Notes: generated from the letters alone by a model not told the origin. DNA of 64,000 nt from a bacterium (GCA_965240465.1 OZ251219.1:1504001-1568000), one strand, 5' to 3'. Shown: positions 49,804 to 60,292, counted from the first letter of the stretch. Program-made: numbers and translations.

Positions 49804-49920
49804 GCCAAATAGGTCGGAAGGATAGGGCCAAATAGGTCGGAAGGATAGGGCCAAATAGGTCGGAAGGGCCAAATATAGGGCCAAATAGGTTGGAAGGATA
49901 GGGCCAAATATGTCGGAAGG
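49804..49920. repeat. 23-bp tandem repeat (GCCAAATAGGTCGGAAGGATAGG), about 5 copies with internal deletions
   Basis: Read directly. Confidence 0.94.
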
Positions 49921-49947
49921 AAATTACTGACTGTTGAAGGAACGACG

Positions 49948-52380
49948 ATGTTGGTAAAAATCATAGCCTTGGGACTGGAAGCACAGGTTTGGAAGGATTT
50001 ATTTGCTCGCCTGCAAGAAGATAAGGTGTCCACAGCGGTAGCCACGTACTGTGAGCCTCTAGAAATGGCTGGTTTGCTAAATCGCTTGGAAGGTTATCAT
50101 CAAGAAGCCTGCGACATACTCCTGTGCGGGGTGATGGCGGAATCTAACCCGCGGGATTCCTTAAAAATGATGGCAGACATTCATAGGCTACTGAAACCTG
50201 CTCCCTCATTGGTGCTGGCACTGCCAACTCCTCAATTGCAAAAGTTGGTAGCTAGTCGGCTGTCCTTGCGAGTGGAACTCCCAAAACGTTCTCCCCTGCC
50301 GATCTTTAGTCCTGCTCTGCTAGTGGAAAAATCACAGCTACAATTTCCCTTACTAGAAATTAATTCAAGCATCAAAAGGCTTATCTTTCGCAATGGTGAT
50401 GTCTTCACTAGGCACACACAGCCGCATCAGCTACCCGATAACACTCTTATCGGACTGGATATGCTGGAAAATATTCACGATGCCCACGATAATCCATGTT
50501 CCCCTTCCCGCTGGCTGAAGACGGTCTTAAAAGAAATTGGAGTACAACTTAACTATAAACCATTGGGAATACTTAAGAATTCCCAAGGATTGTTCTTATC
50601 GCCAGGGGTATCCACCTTAGATATTGGCCGTATTTGGTTAAATAATATGCTCTTTGAGAGCTGGCTAGACCTAGATCCTCAATCCAAGCAGGGCGGATTT
50701 AAGCAATTACTGGAGCTGCTAGCTCGCACCGCCCAAGAAAATTCTGACCGATGGAGAACCGCCTACCAAGCTTTTAGACAAGCTGAACAAAAAACCGATG
50801 TCCCCATATGGCTTCAGGGAGGTACTCCTCTGCTACGAGATGGCTTACGCTACTTACTGCTTCAGGCAGGATATAAGTCGGTCCAATCGCGGACATCCGC
50901 GGTGCCTTTCAACGAGCCAGCTCTGCTTTTGCACCTTGATGAAAAAGACCCCTTGGAAGAAATACACCTAGTGCCTCCAAACATAGTACATTGGGGTAAG
51001 GAATTATCTCGGTTACTAACCCCTCTCTCTGTTATCCCAAATTGGCAAACCCTTGAATTTAGACCTTCCCCAGCTGCCAATCCCGACCAACTCGCACCTG
51101 AAGAAGACAACCTACAAATCTTCCAAGGAAGACACCGCAAACTACTTGATGCCCTAAAAATGAACCGAAAACGACTCCTAATGCTACAGCAAACCAAAGA
51201 ACTTACCTCCGCTGCCCTATCTCAGCCCCTGCTTAACGACAACTTCACCAACTGGCAAAACAGAGCCGAAAACCATGATGGTACCAATGAAAGTACCAAT
51301 CAAGAACCAGATGAACGCAATAGCTCTGCTGGCTCTACAAATGGCTCTGCTGACTCTACAAATGGCTCTGGCTCTGCTGATGGCTCAGAAGAAACGGTGA
51401 ACTCCGAGCGTCAATTGGTGCCAAAAGCCCTGCTTTTCACTGACGATGATGAAGAAGCTGCTGACTGGATGCTATCATGTACTCATATCCCACAAAAACG
51501 CTGGCTAAATCTGCAGTCGGTACAAGATGCCGAAACTCTGCTCCGATTTCCCATGCCAGCCCCCACACCCCCAGCCCCTCATTCCAATGTTGCTGATGCC
51601 AATGTTACCGATGCCAATGTTGCTGATTCCAACACTGATGCCAATGCTCCCCTGATATTCATTTCTGTTCGTACTAAGGCTCGCCTGCTGAAGCTGAAGC
51701 AGCATCTTATTGAGGAGCAACAACAAGCTCAAGATGCCCTAGTTAGCATCCGAGAGCGTGATGATTTTTATCGTACCGAATGCCAAAAGCAAGCTTATCA
51801 GGCACATCAGACTGCATCTGACTGGCTCTTAGTAGCTCTTGAGAGGTGGTTGCAACAAAGTAGTTTGCCTGTTGTTTTGGAGCAGACCTGTAAGGATCGG
51901 GAACGCGTTTGGTTTTCAGCATCTTATATTCACAACATTGGCTTAATTGCTTCTTCTCATGAGAATCGTCAATCTATTCTCAATGCCTGTAAGAAGCTGC
52001 TTTTATCCCTCAAAGAGCAGCGTAGTGCCATTCCACAATTCATATATCATCCAGAAGATTATTCACTGCCGTCTAACGAACACCCTAACCTCCCTGTCTT
52101 TAACGAGTACATACAGATGTTAAGATCCCATTTATCGGCTAAAAATCTCCATTTGCTCTTGATAGAGTATCCTTATGAGATTGCTTGCTCCATTTTGGAG
52201 GCTCTGGCACCCGAAATAAAGGATATTCCTGCCATTGTACTGATGCCAGATACTTGTTCTCCGCCTCCGATATTGCGTCCGAAAACTCGCTTTCGCTGGG
52301 TACCCAGACTAGGTAGCATCTCCCTTGATTATGAGGGAGGAGCTGTAGCAGCTATCCGATCCTGCTTAGACACCAGATAA
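49948..52380 (+). CDS. Large hypothetical protein with coiled-coil segments and low-complexity repeat inserts
   Basis: 810-aa ORF; inserts at about 51322-51385 (21-bp unit) and 51584-51645 (15-bp unit). Confidence 0.7.
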   Translation: MLVKIIALGLEAQVWKDLFARLQEDKVSTAVATYCEPLEMAGLLNRLEGYHQEACDILLCGVMAESNPRDSLKMMADIHRLLKPAPSLVLALPTPQLQKLVASRLSLRVELPKRSPLPIFSPALLVEKSQLQFPLLEINSSIKRLIFRNGDVFTRHTQPHQLPDNTLIGLDMLENIHDAHDNPCSPSRWLKTVLKEIGVQLNYKPLGILKNSQGLFLSPGVSTLDIGRIWLNNMLFESWLDLDPQSKQGGFKQLLELLARTAQENSDRWRTAYQAFRQAEQKTDVPIWLQGGTPLLRDGLRYLLLQAGYKSVQSRTSAVPFNEPALLLHLDEKDPLEEIHLVPPNIVHWGKELSRLLTPLSVIPNWQTLEFRPSPAANPDQLAPEEDNLQIFQGRHRKLLDALKMNRKRLLMLQQTKELTSAALSQPLLNDNFTNWQNRAENHDGTNESTNQEPDERNSSAGSTNGSADSTNGSGSADGSEETVNSERQLVPKALLFTDDDEEAADWMLSCTHIPQKRWLNLQSVQDAETLLRFPMPAPTPPAPHSNVADANVTDANVADSNTDANAPLIFISVRTKARLLKLKQHLIEEQQQAQDALVSIRERDDFYRTECQKQAYQAHQTASDWLLVALERWLQQSSLPVVLEQTCKDRERVWFSASYIHNIGLIASSHENRQSILNACKKLLLSLKEQRSAIPQFIYHPEDYSLPSNEHPNLPVFNEYIQMLRSHLSAKNLHLLLIEYPYEIACSILEALAPEIKDIPAIVLMPDTCSPPPILRPKTRFRWVPRLGSISLDYEGGAVAAIRSCLDTR

Positions 52381-52430
52381 GGCTTGCGTGCTTAGGTCAA
52401 GCGATTGCTAACAGAGTAGGCAATAGGAAT

Positions 52431-52597
52431 AGATAGGAGGCATGGATGGCACAGATAGAGGCATGGATAAGGCAGATAATAGGCATAGATGGCACAGATA
52501 AGAGGCATAGATGGCACAGATAGAGGCATGGATAAGAGGCAGATAAGAGGCATAGATGGCACAGATAAGAGGCATGGATAGGAGGCACCGATAAGAT
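52431..52597. repeat. Mosaic tandem array built from GAGGCAT(A/G)GAT, GGCACAGATA and GATAA modules
   Basis: Read directly; ends at the rsmA ATG. Confidence 0.9.
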
Positions 52598-53407
52598 ATG
52601 GGTAGGCGATTTGGTCAGCATTTTTTGAGGAGCAAAGATACTGCCCAACGCATAGTGGCTACGGTTGAGCTTGGGGAGGGATCATTTGTATTGGAGATTG
52701 GTCCTGGCAGGGGAGCTCTCACCAGCGTGTTGCTGGGAACGGGAGCACGTGTTTGTGCCATAGAGCATGATGCCCTTTTGTTTGAATATCTCCAGCAAAA
52801 ATGGGGGCAACATCCACGCATATCGCTATTGCACGATGATATACTTCGGGCTGATCTTCACCCAGCAGAGCTCTTTGGTCAGCACCTCCAAGATTTGCAG
52901 CCATTTTACATTGTTGCCAATATTCCCTACTACCTCACCACTCCCCTGCTGATGAAGCTCATTCCCATCCGTGCCAATCTTAAGCGGGTGGTACTCACCT
53001 TGCAGAATGAGATCGCCGAAAGAATTGTTGCTCAGCCAAACACCTCTAAAAAATATGGCTCTCTCAGCGTAGCCGTGCAGCATGCTTTCCATCCCCGAAT
53101 ACATTTTCAGCTTCCGCCCGAGGCTTTTTTGCCACCCCCAAAGGTGCATTCTGCAGTACTTTCCTTGCTACCTAAGAAGCAATTTATGCATCCTGAACTG
53201 GAACATAGTTTCCTCCAGTGGTGCAAACAAGTTTTCTCTCAACGCCGCAAGCAGTTCGGTAATATATCGCCTGCCAAATTACAAGCACCAGCTACCCTGT
53301 CTTCTCTCAGCCTACCTGCCTTGCCTTCCAATTGGAAAACACTAAGACCAGAAGTACTTAGTCCCTCGCAACTCCTGAATATCTTTGTGAACGGACTGCT
53401 TAACTAG
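52598..53407 (+). CDS. rsmA: 16S rRNA adenine dimethyltransferase
   Basis: FGQHFL, LEIGPGRGALT, VANIPYY, YGSLSV, FLPPPKVHSAV. Confidence 0.95.
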   Translation: MGRRFGQHFLRSKDTAQRIVATVELGEGSFVLEIGPGRGALTSVLLGTGARVCAIEHDALLFEYLQQKWGQHPRISLLHDDILRADLHPAELFGQHLQDLQPFYIVANIPYYLTTPLLMKLIPIRANLKRVVLTLQNEIAERIVAQPNTSKKYGSLSVAVQHAFHPRIHFQLPPEAFLPPPKVHSAVLSLLPKKQFMHPELEHSFLQWCKQVFSQRRKQFGNISPAKLQAPATLSSLSLPALPSNWKTLRPEVLSPSQLLNIFVNGLLN

Positions 53408-53498
53408 CCAAGTACCTACCTTGATTTTTCACCCTTGCTTAGCTTAGAATAGCGATGTAAGGAACTCAGTATCTTTTCAAGCTTGTCAGGATAATAAC

Positions 53499-53852
53499 AT
53501 GGAAAAAACTTCACACGTTTTGCATATTACTCCCAGAGCTGCCGAGCAGGTGAAAAGCGTCTTGGATGGGGAGCAAATATTGCTCCGTATTGATGCGGTC
53601 AAGGGGGGTTGCTCGGGCTATAAGTACACCCTGGATGCGACCGAAAGCATTGCTCCTAACGATGTCCAATTTTCTTCCAATGGACTGATCCTAATCGCTG
53701 ATAGTAGCCGACTGAATGACATCTTAGGTTCTTTGGAGATAGACTATCAGGATGGCAATTTAGTTGAGCAAGGTTTTACCTTCAAGCCCATCTCTGCTGG
53801 TGATACCAATTGCGGCTGTGGTAAGTCTTTTGCCCCTGTTAAGGGGACTTGA
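53499..53852 (+). CDS. HesB/IscA/ErpA-family Fe-S carrier
   Basis: GGCSGYKY, CGCGKSF. Confidence 0.93.
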   Translation: MEKTSHVLHITPRAAEQVKSVLDGEQILLRIDAVKGGCSGYKYTLDATESIAPNDVQFSSNGLILIADSSRLNDILGSLEIDYQDGNLVEQGFTFKPISAGDTNCGCGKSFAPVKGT

Positions 53853-55342
53853 TGATGAATTATCAGAGGACGGAATCTTCCAGAAACCGTGTTTGGTGGC
53901 TGGCGGTATCTGTGATAGTGCTGGCGTACGCGGTGCGTGTTTGGGCGGCTTATTACATTCCACTTTTTGACACCACCGAGGCCCGCTACGCCGATATGGC
54001 TCGCAAGATGGTGGAGTCTTCCGACTGGATTAACGTCCCGTACGATGGCGAAGTTGATTTTTGGTCAAAACCGCCGTCGAGTTTTTGGATATCGGCATTG
54101 GGTGTGAAGCTCTTTGGAGACGGAGAGTTAAGTTCTCGCATAGGTTTGTTGCTGGTGAGCCTCATGTTTTTGTGGGGTTGGTATGCTTGGGTGCGAAAAA
54201 TCTTGGGAGCACATTTATCTGTGATGGCGACTTTAGCCTTAGCGATTTCTCCTGCGTACTTAATATCATCAGCGGTTATTTTCACGGATATGATGCTCAC
54301 CATAGCAATATCTATTGCCCTGATGGGATTTTGGAATCGGATAAACTATGCCAATCCCAAGGCGGAGTGGTTTTTATACTTGGGAATGGCTATGGGACTG
54401 CTGTCTAAGGGGCCGATAGCCTTATTGTTCATTTTATTTCCAATCGGTATTTGGGCGTTCGTTAATGGAAAAATCAGGCAGGTCTGGCGGGACTTTCAAT
54501 GGATAAAGGGGGGAATCATGGTTTTGCTCATCGCGATACCTTGGTACGTGCTGTTTGAAATTAAAAGCCCCGGATTTTTGCATTATTTCATAATGAAAGA
54601 ACACTTAGGCCGCTTCTTTGCTGGCGATTCTCTCAATCAGGGATATTTATTCGGTAGCATTCATAAAAGACCGTTGGGGACTATCTGGGCAGCATTGTTC
54701 ATCGGGTGCTTGCCATTCAGTCTACTGGCGATTGGATTGGTTTTCAAAAGAAGCACTCTTGACCTTTATCGGAATCACCGCTCGCTGATCAATTTCCTGC
54801 TCTGGTGGATGCTGGGTCCCTTACTCTTATTCAGCTTTACCAGACACATTTTGGAATCGTATGCCCTGCCCGCCGTACCACCCTTTATCATGCTGATAAC
54901 CATGCTGATAATGAACGCCCGCCCCAAACAACAAATCACCCGCAGCTACTGGGTGATGGCTTTGAGCTTAGGTATTATAGTCCCGTTTATTTTATCATCC
55001 GTCTATTTCACTCGTGAGTCGTACCAAAATCCAAAACTCACCAAGAAGCAACTGATCTCCTACATAACCCAAGGAGAATTCTTGGACTGTCCCCTTTTTA
55101 TCTGGAAAGATAGATCATTCTCTGCTGAATATTACAGCCAAGGTGCCACTAAGACCGCCCGCAACTTTGATGCACTACAAGCAGCTGCCAAAGCAAAAAC
55201 ATGTGCCCTTTTGGTTATCAATAAAAAGCTTGAAACCAGCTTCCCCGCAGATAAACGAGAGAAAATCAGAATTGTTAAAAAGTACCCGACCATCACCCTT
55301 TACATCCTAAGTGACAAAGCAGATTATCCTCCACCAAAATAA
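53849..55342 (+). CDS. ArnT/GT39-like membrane glycosyltransferase
   Basis: TEARYADMARKM, WSKPP, TDM, LSKGP, PWY, EH. Confidence 0.85.
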   Translation: MMMNYQRTESSRNRVWWLAVSVIVLAYAVRVWAAYYIPLFDTTEARYADMARKMVESSDWINVPYDGEVDFWSKPPSSFWISALGVKLFGDGELSSRIGLLLVSLMFLWGWYAWVRKILGAHLSVMATLALAISPAYLISSAVIFTDMMLTIAISIALMGFWNRINYANPKAEWFLYLGMAMGLLSKGPIALLFILFPIGIWAFVNGKIRQVWRDFQWIKGGIMVLLIAIPWYVLFEIKSPGFLHYFIMKEHLGRFFAGDSLNQGYLFGSIHKRPLGTIWAALFIGCLPFSLLAIGLVFKRSTLDLYRNHRSLINFLLWWMLGPLLLFSFTRHILESYALPAVPPFIMLITMLIMNARPKQQITRSYWVMALSLGIIVPFILSSVYFTRESYQNPKLTKKQLISYITQGEFLDCPLFIWKDRSFSAEYYSQGATKTARNFDALQAAAKAKTCALLVINKKLETSFPADKREKIRIVKKYPTITLYILSDKADYPPPK

Positions 55343-55347
55343 TGGGG

Positions 55348-56286
55348 CTAAGATGCCGATTTCGCGTACACATCCATAACTGCTCGCAACAACTTCAGGG
55401 CCGCGGGCTTTTCCCTCTGGAATGAATTACGACCGATAATAGAGCCAAACCCACCCCCAACCATGATGCTACCTACCTCTTGGAGAATTTCATCCTCACC
55501 TTTAGCAGGGCCACCCGAAAAAATGACAACCCGCCTCCCATTAAAGCACGATCGCACGATATAGCTCACACGCTGGCTAAGCCTCCCAAGGATTATCGGG
55601 TACTCTTGATATATCTTTTGTGATTCCTTTTGTTCTACATGCTCGGTGGGAAGCTTGACCTTAACAATGTTTGCTCCCAGTAAGCAGGCTAGGTGAGCTG
55701 CATAAGCCACTATATCAATGGCGGTTTCGCCTTCCTTAGAGAGAAATTTACCTCTGGGATAAGACCAAACAACTACCGCTAGTCCTGCAGATTTGGCTTC
55801 TAGGATCAGATCTCTTAGTTGCTCGTACATGAGGTTGGAAAACTCAGAACCCGGATAAATGGTAAATCCAACCGCACTAGCCCCAAGGCGTAGGGCGTCC
55901 TCAATGCTGGAGGTGATGGCAGGGCAAGGCTCGCCAGAAACCAAAGAAGTACTGCTGTTTAACTTGAGGATAAGCGGAATCTCGGCTGGAAAATCAGCCG
56001 CGGCAGCCTCCAACGCCCCAAGAGGAGCAGCATAAGCACTACAACCAGCTGCTATGGCTAACTCAAAGTGGAAACGAGGGTCATAGGCAGCAGGATTAGG
56101 CTCAAAGGAGCGGGTTGGGCCATGCTCAAATCCCTGGTCAACAGGTAAGATAACCATCCTCCCGCTACCGCCAGTAGTCCCTTGATAGAGCATGCGAGCA
56201 ATGTTGGTAAGAGTACCAGTGTTCTCATGCTTGTACCAACTAAGGATTTCCTTAACACGCTTAGTGGTTTTAATAGTTGGGTTCAT
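55348..56286 (-). CDS. fbaB: Class I fructose-bisphosphate aldolase
   Basis: ILPVDQGFEHGP, LKLNS, VVWSYPRG, VKVK, FSGG, IIGRNSFQ. Confidence 0.9.
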   Translation of the reverse strand: MNPTIKTTKRVKEILSWYKHENTGTLTNIARMLYQGTTGGSGRMVILPVDQGFEHGPTRSFEPNPAAYDPRFHFELAIAAGCSAYAAPLGALEAAAADFPAEIPLILKLNSSTSLVSGEPCPAITSSIEDALRLGASAVGFTIYPGSEFSNLMYEQLRDLILEAKSAGLAVVVWSYPRGKFLSKEGETAIDIVAYAAHLACLLGANIVKVKLPTEHVEQKESQKIYQEYPIILGRLSQRVSYIVRSCFNGRRVVIFSGGPAKGEDEILQEVGSIMVGGGFGSIIGRNSFQREKPAALKLLRAVMDVYAKSAS

Positions 56287-56424
56287 GTTGAATATTTGGG
56301 TATCTTGTGTGATGGTGGGGTTGTTTGTCCCCCTAGGGTCTAAGCATTCCTATAAGTGCAAAGCATGCCTATAAGCGTAAGCGTAAAGCATGCCCCATCG
56401 GTAACACAATCAGAGTAAAGGCTA

Positions 56425-58626
56425 ATGGATATAAACATAAATAAGCAAGTTAAAAAAAATGACGAGTATGAAGCTCCAGAGATAAAATTAAAGGGGATCA
56501 AGTTCAAAGGAGTAATTAGTCGCTCGGACAAAGCTCATCAGGCGGGCGGGGGCGAAGCTCCTTATCAGGCGAGGGCGGGCGGGACTCAGGCGAGGGGGGG
56601 GGGGGGCGAAGCTCCTTATCAAGCGAGGGCAGGCGGGACTCAGGCGAGGGGAGGGGGGGGCGAAGCTCCTTATCAAGCGAGGGGGGGCGAAGCCCCTTAT
56701 CAAGCGAGGGCAGGCAGGACACAGGCGGGCGGAGATTATCAATCGAGGGCAGGCGGGACTCAGGCGAGGGGGGGGGGGGGCGAAGCTCCTTATCAAGCGA
56801 GGGCGGGCAGGACACAGGCGGGGGGGGGCGAAGCTCCTTATCAAGCGAGGGGGGGCGAAGCTCCTTATCAAGCGAGGGCAGGCAGGACACAGGCGGGCGG
56901 AGATTATCAAGCGAGGGGAGGGGGGGGCGAAGCTCCTTATCAGGCGAGAGGGGGCGAAGCTCCTTATCAGGCGAGAGGGGGCGAAGCTCCTTATCAAGCG
57001 AGGGCAGGCGGGACTCAGGCGAGGGCAGGCGGGACTCAGGCGAGGGGAGGCGAAGCTCCTTATCAGGCGAGAGGGGGCGAAGCTCCTTATCAAGCGAGGG
57101 CAGGCAGGACACAGGCGAGCGGAGATTATCAAGCGAGGGGAGGCGGGGGCGAAGCTCCTTATCAAGCGAGGGCGGGCAGGACTCAGGCGGGGGGGGGCGA
57201 AGCTCCTTATCAGGCGAGGGCGGGCAGGACTCAGGCGGGGGGGGGCGAAGCTCCTTATCAGGCAGGCGAGGGCATAGATCATCATCAGGCGAGGACGGGC
57301 GGAGTATTGGTTACTCGTGGGCGTTCTATAGTGAAGGAAGAGCATGAAACTTCAAATTGGCGGAAGAGACCGAGCGATGAGTTATTGATGCGTTGTGTGT
57401 TGCTGGATAGTATAGCGGGCAGTGAGGGCATTACGGGGGAAGGTATTGCGGGTGAAGGTATTGCGGGGGAGGAGCGGGAGCGTCAGTTGCTATCTGGGGT
57501 GGATTGGAATTTGGCTGTCAAGCACATATTTGAGTTGCATAGGTTATACACTGGGAGGGGAAAGAAGGAGTATCAGGGGGTAGAGAATCCTTTATGGGGT
57601 CGGGAGTTGGGGTATCAGTTGTATTATTTACCTCGTAATTTGCATAGGGTTCGTTGTGTGTTGCGCGGGTTGCCTTGGTTTCAGGGTGGGGAGGACTGGT
57701 TATTGCGTCCTTGGCTAAGATTGCGTGATGGTGAGTGGTCGTTGTCTTGGTTGGACTTAGGTTGTGGGACGGGGGCCTTTAGTTTGGCTTGGTTGCAGTG
57801 GTTGGCGGGCTTAGGGGCACCCCTTGAGGGATGGCCTAGCTTACATATTACCCTAGTTGATCAATCTCATCGCCTATTGGATATAGCTGAGCGTCAAATA
57901 CGTCTATATGTTAAGGTAGCCTTACCAGCAGCTAAGTTGAGAATAGTGCGAGTGGCCCGCGGGATTGCTCCGTGGTTGGAGAGTGAGGCTGGGAAGAAGT
58001 CATTTTGTTTGGTAGGGGTAGCGATGTCTTTAACGGAGCTAGGATTATTGGGGCCGCGTCGTAAGAGTGAGCGTTCTGGCATTATGCTCAAAGGACTGCA
58101 AGAACGCGTTTCCAATGGGGGCTTGATGCTCTTTGTGGAACCGGGCGTTCGTAAGGGCTATCTTAACCTGATGATGCTACATCCTTGGCTAAGAAAACAC
58201 CCGATATTGTATCCGTGTCCTCATCAGCAGCCTTGCCCGATGTGGCATCCTGCCGTGCGTAATTGGTGTCATGCCACTGAAATACTGCCTCGGCACTTCT
58301 TTTTTGATGAGCCACTGCAACGCTATGGTGGACTTCAGTTTAATATGCGTGATGTCAATCTTTCTGCTTTGGCGGTTCAAAACACTGCCGATAGCAGCAC
58401 TCCGCCATTTCGTCATTTGCAAGCTGGGGAAAGAGTGGTCTCTGGACTGATGCCTTTCAAGCAAGCCATGGCTTTTCCTCGGGTAATTAGAGATTCTTTG
58501 CATTCTTCGCCTCTATCTAAATCCTGCTTGGTATGTACTGCCAACGGAAAACTGCGAGTGCTATCCGTATCGTCTCAAGATGAAGATATCTACCGAGGAG
58601 CTTGGCTTCGGACTTCCCAGAAATAA
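56425..58626 (+). CDS. Rsm22-family SAM-dependent methyltransferase with a long N-terminal RGG/Gly-rich repeat
   Basis: YYLPRN, LDLGCGTG, FVEPG, YPCPHQQPCPM...WCH. Confidence 0.78.
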   Translation: MDININKQVKKNDEYEAPEIKLKGIKFKGVISRSDKAHQAGGGEAPYQARAGGTQARGGGGEAPYQARAGGTQARGGGGEAPYQARGGEAPYQARAGRTQAGGDYQSRAGGTQARGGGGEAPYQARAGRTQAGGGEAPYQARGGEAPYQARAGRTQAGGDYQARGGGGEAPYQARGGEAPYQARGGEAPYQARAGGTQARAGGTQARGGEAPYQARGGEAPYQARAGRTQASGDYQARGGGGEAPYQARAGRTQAGGGEAPYQARAGRTQAGGGEAPYQAGEGIDHHQARTGGVLVTRGRSIVKEEHETSNWRKRPSDELLMRCVLLDSIAGSEGITGEGIAGEGIAGEERERQLLSGVDWNLAVKHIFELHRLYTGRGKKEYQGVENPLWGRELGYQLYYLPRNLHRVRCVLRGLPWFQGGEDWLLRPWLRLRDGEWSLSWLDLGCGTGAFSLAWLQWLAGLGAPLEGWPSLHITLVDQSHRLLDIAERQIRLYVKVALPAAKLRIVRVARGIAPWLESEAGKKSFCLVGVAMSLTELGLLGPRRKSERSGIMLKGLQERVSNGGLMLFVEPGVRKGYLNLMMLHPWLRKHPILYPCPHQQPCPMWHPAVRNWCHATEILPRHFFFDEPLQRYGGLQFNMRDVNLSALAVQNTADSSTPPFRHLQAGERVVSGLMPFKQAMAFPRVIRDSLHSSPLSKSCLVCTANGKLRVLSVSSQDEDIYRGAWLRTSQK
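56533..57300. repeat. Mosaic G-rich array with 15 copies of the GGCGAAGC(T/C)CCTTATCA core (GEAPYQ)
   Basis: Core copies counted in the translation; linker modules ARAGGTQ, ARAGRTQ, GDYQ, ARGG. Confidence 0.95.
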
Positions 58627-58656
58627 ACATGGACTTACATATTTCCAAGTCACATC

Positions 58657-60186
58657 ATGTCTTCACAGCCGACCCCTCCATACCTTGCCGAGCAAATACT
58701 TAGAGCTAGATTATCCTTGTTAGCTACAGGATGGCTGGACATCATCAGCAAAAATAAAGATTTTCAAACCACCAATAAAAAAACCCTAAACATCCTTGAT
58801 GGCGGAATACTCAGGCTTAGCGAACTTGATCCTAAAATCTCTAAAACCAGTAAGCAATCTGCTTATTTGCTCTTCCGTGATGCCCACATTAAGCTAGATA
58901 ACAAGCAGATTAAGGGTGTTTTGCAACTCAGTTGGGCACCCATGGCTAAGCCCGTAGGCACCAAGATTATCTTGCGGGTTTGCTATCTTCCTCCTGCTCG
59001 GTCGGTTGCCGCTCCGTTGCTATCTCTGCAAAACCTGCTCGCAGAAAGACTCCACTGGGCCGAAAATCCTGCCACCGCTCCCATCCACAAATTGCCGGGC
59101 CTTTGCGGGATCGCCGCTAGCAATCACCCAGAGGAACTAGATAACCTAATACAGCATGCCGCCGAAGCCCGAGCTTATCTAAAAGCAGATAATCTCATCA
59201 GACCCCTAAAACAACACATCTCCAACCCCAACGATCCTCGCGTACAACATCAACTAGAACAAAAATTATTTGAAGGCATCTGTCGCTTTATCGGTTCTAA
59301 AAGTTATCAAGAACCTTTCTCGGCCCTGGCAAAACACTTTCCCCTCTCACAAATCAAAGATACCCTCCAGCTGAAACCAGAAAGAGCTAAGTTAAAAATC
59401 CTATCCCTTTGGATGGGTGCACTCCATATGCTAAAAGAACCGCTCGCAGATATCCATCCAGATTGCCGTGCTTATTACTCCCAACTAAAAAATAACTGGG
59501 AAAAACATGATGCCCCCTCACCCCTAGTACCACTACAAAAAACCAGAACCCGACCACTAAACTCACTGGAACGCAGATTGATCGCCCTCTTTTGGCATAT
59601 TTACCATCTGCAACCACATGGTCTCCTCAACGGATGGCTCGGACTCCTGAGCCAAATAGATCCTCTCCGCAATGACGAAACCATGCAATCCGAAGTGAAA
59701 AATATACTCAGAAAAGCTTTCCATACTCCCCACAACGAACCTTGGCAACTACACACTACCTTCCATTCTAAAATGCTCCCTCAACCCGTGCAGCTCGCAG
59801 GAGATCATCTTGTTGCCGTACTCGCTGCCAATGCCATTGTCCCCTTCTTCCTAGGACTGGCTCGCTGGAAAAAAGATACCGAAATGGAAAAAACCCTCTA
59901 TCGCTTCTACCTACTGCTACCAACCGAAATATCTAATCCTCGCATCCAATACATGGAAGAAAGACTCTTTCTATCCTCACATAAAAAAAGACCGCTAAGA
60001 AGCCAACAAGGAATCCTTCAGCTACATCAAGACTTCTGCCATCATTTCCCTTATAAATGCCAACTTTGTAAGATCCCTATCCTGAGGACACAGCATACTT
60101 TCATAGCCTGCCATGCTGACAATATTGACGATGGCTTTCTAAACAAACTCTTCCAGCCTCAGACGCATTCCGTACACGAAGATTAA
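58657..60186 (+). CDS. DUF2851-like protein
   Basis: FRDAHIKLD...G, RPLNSLERRL, ANAIVPF, QQGILQLHQDFC...CQLC. Confidence 0.65.
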   Translation: MSSQPTPPYLAEQILRARLSLLATGWLDIISKNKDFQTTNKKTLNILDGGILRLSELDPKISKTSKQSAYLLFRDAHIKLDNKQIKGVLQLSWAPMAKPVGTKIILRVCYLPPARSVAAPLLSLQNLLAERLHWAENPATAPIHKLPGLCGIAASNHPEELDNLIQHAAEARAYLKADNLIRPLKQHISNPNDPRVQHQLEQKLFEGICRFIGSKSYQEPFSALAKHFPLSQIKDTLQLKPERAKLKILSLWMGALHMLKEPLADIHPDCRAYYSQLKNNWEKHDAPSPLVPLQKTRTRPLNSLERRLIALFWHIYHLQPHGLLNGWLGLLSQIDPLRNDETMQSEVKNILRKAFHTPHNEPWQLHTTFHSKMLPQPVQLAGDHLVAVLAANAIVPFFLGLARWKKDTEMEKTLYRFYLLLPTEISNPRIQYMEERLFLSSHKKRPLRSQQGILQLHQDFCHHFPYKCQLCKIPILRTQHTFIACHADNIDDGFLNKLFQPQTHSVHED

Positions 60187-60228
60187 CATTGATTGTCAGC
60201 GAGGCATTTTGGCTCTATGCTGGTAGAG

Positions 60229-60270
60229 CATGGCAGATAGATCATGACAGATAGATCATGGCAGATAGAT
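60229..60270. repeat. 14-bp tandem repeat (CATGGCAGATAGAT), 3 copies
   Basis: Read directly. Confidence 0.92.
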
Positions 60271-60292
60271 GACATCTAGTTAGTAGAGATAA

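Noticed and set aside
53421-53450. Sigma70 promoter TTGATT-N18-TAGAAT
   Set aside because: Plausible, but too weak to support from sequence alone.
56533-57300. CRISPR array (constant core with variable gaps)
   Set aside because: The gaps are re-used modules of variable length rather than unique spacers, the region lies in frame within an ORF, and there are no cas genes.
56488-57345. Antisense ORFs of 285 aa and 198 aa
   Set aside because: They are reverse readings of the repeat array with no unique domain.
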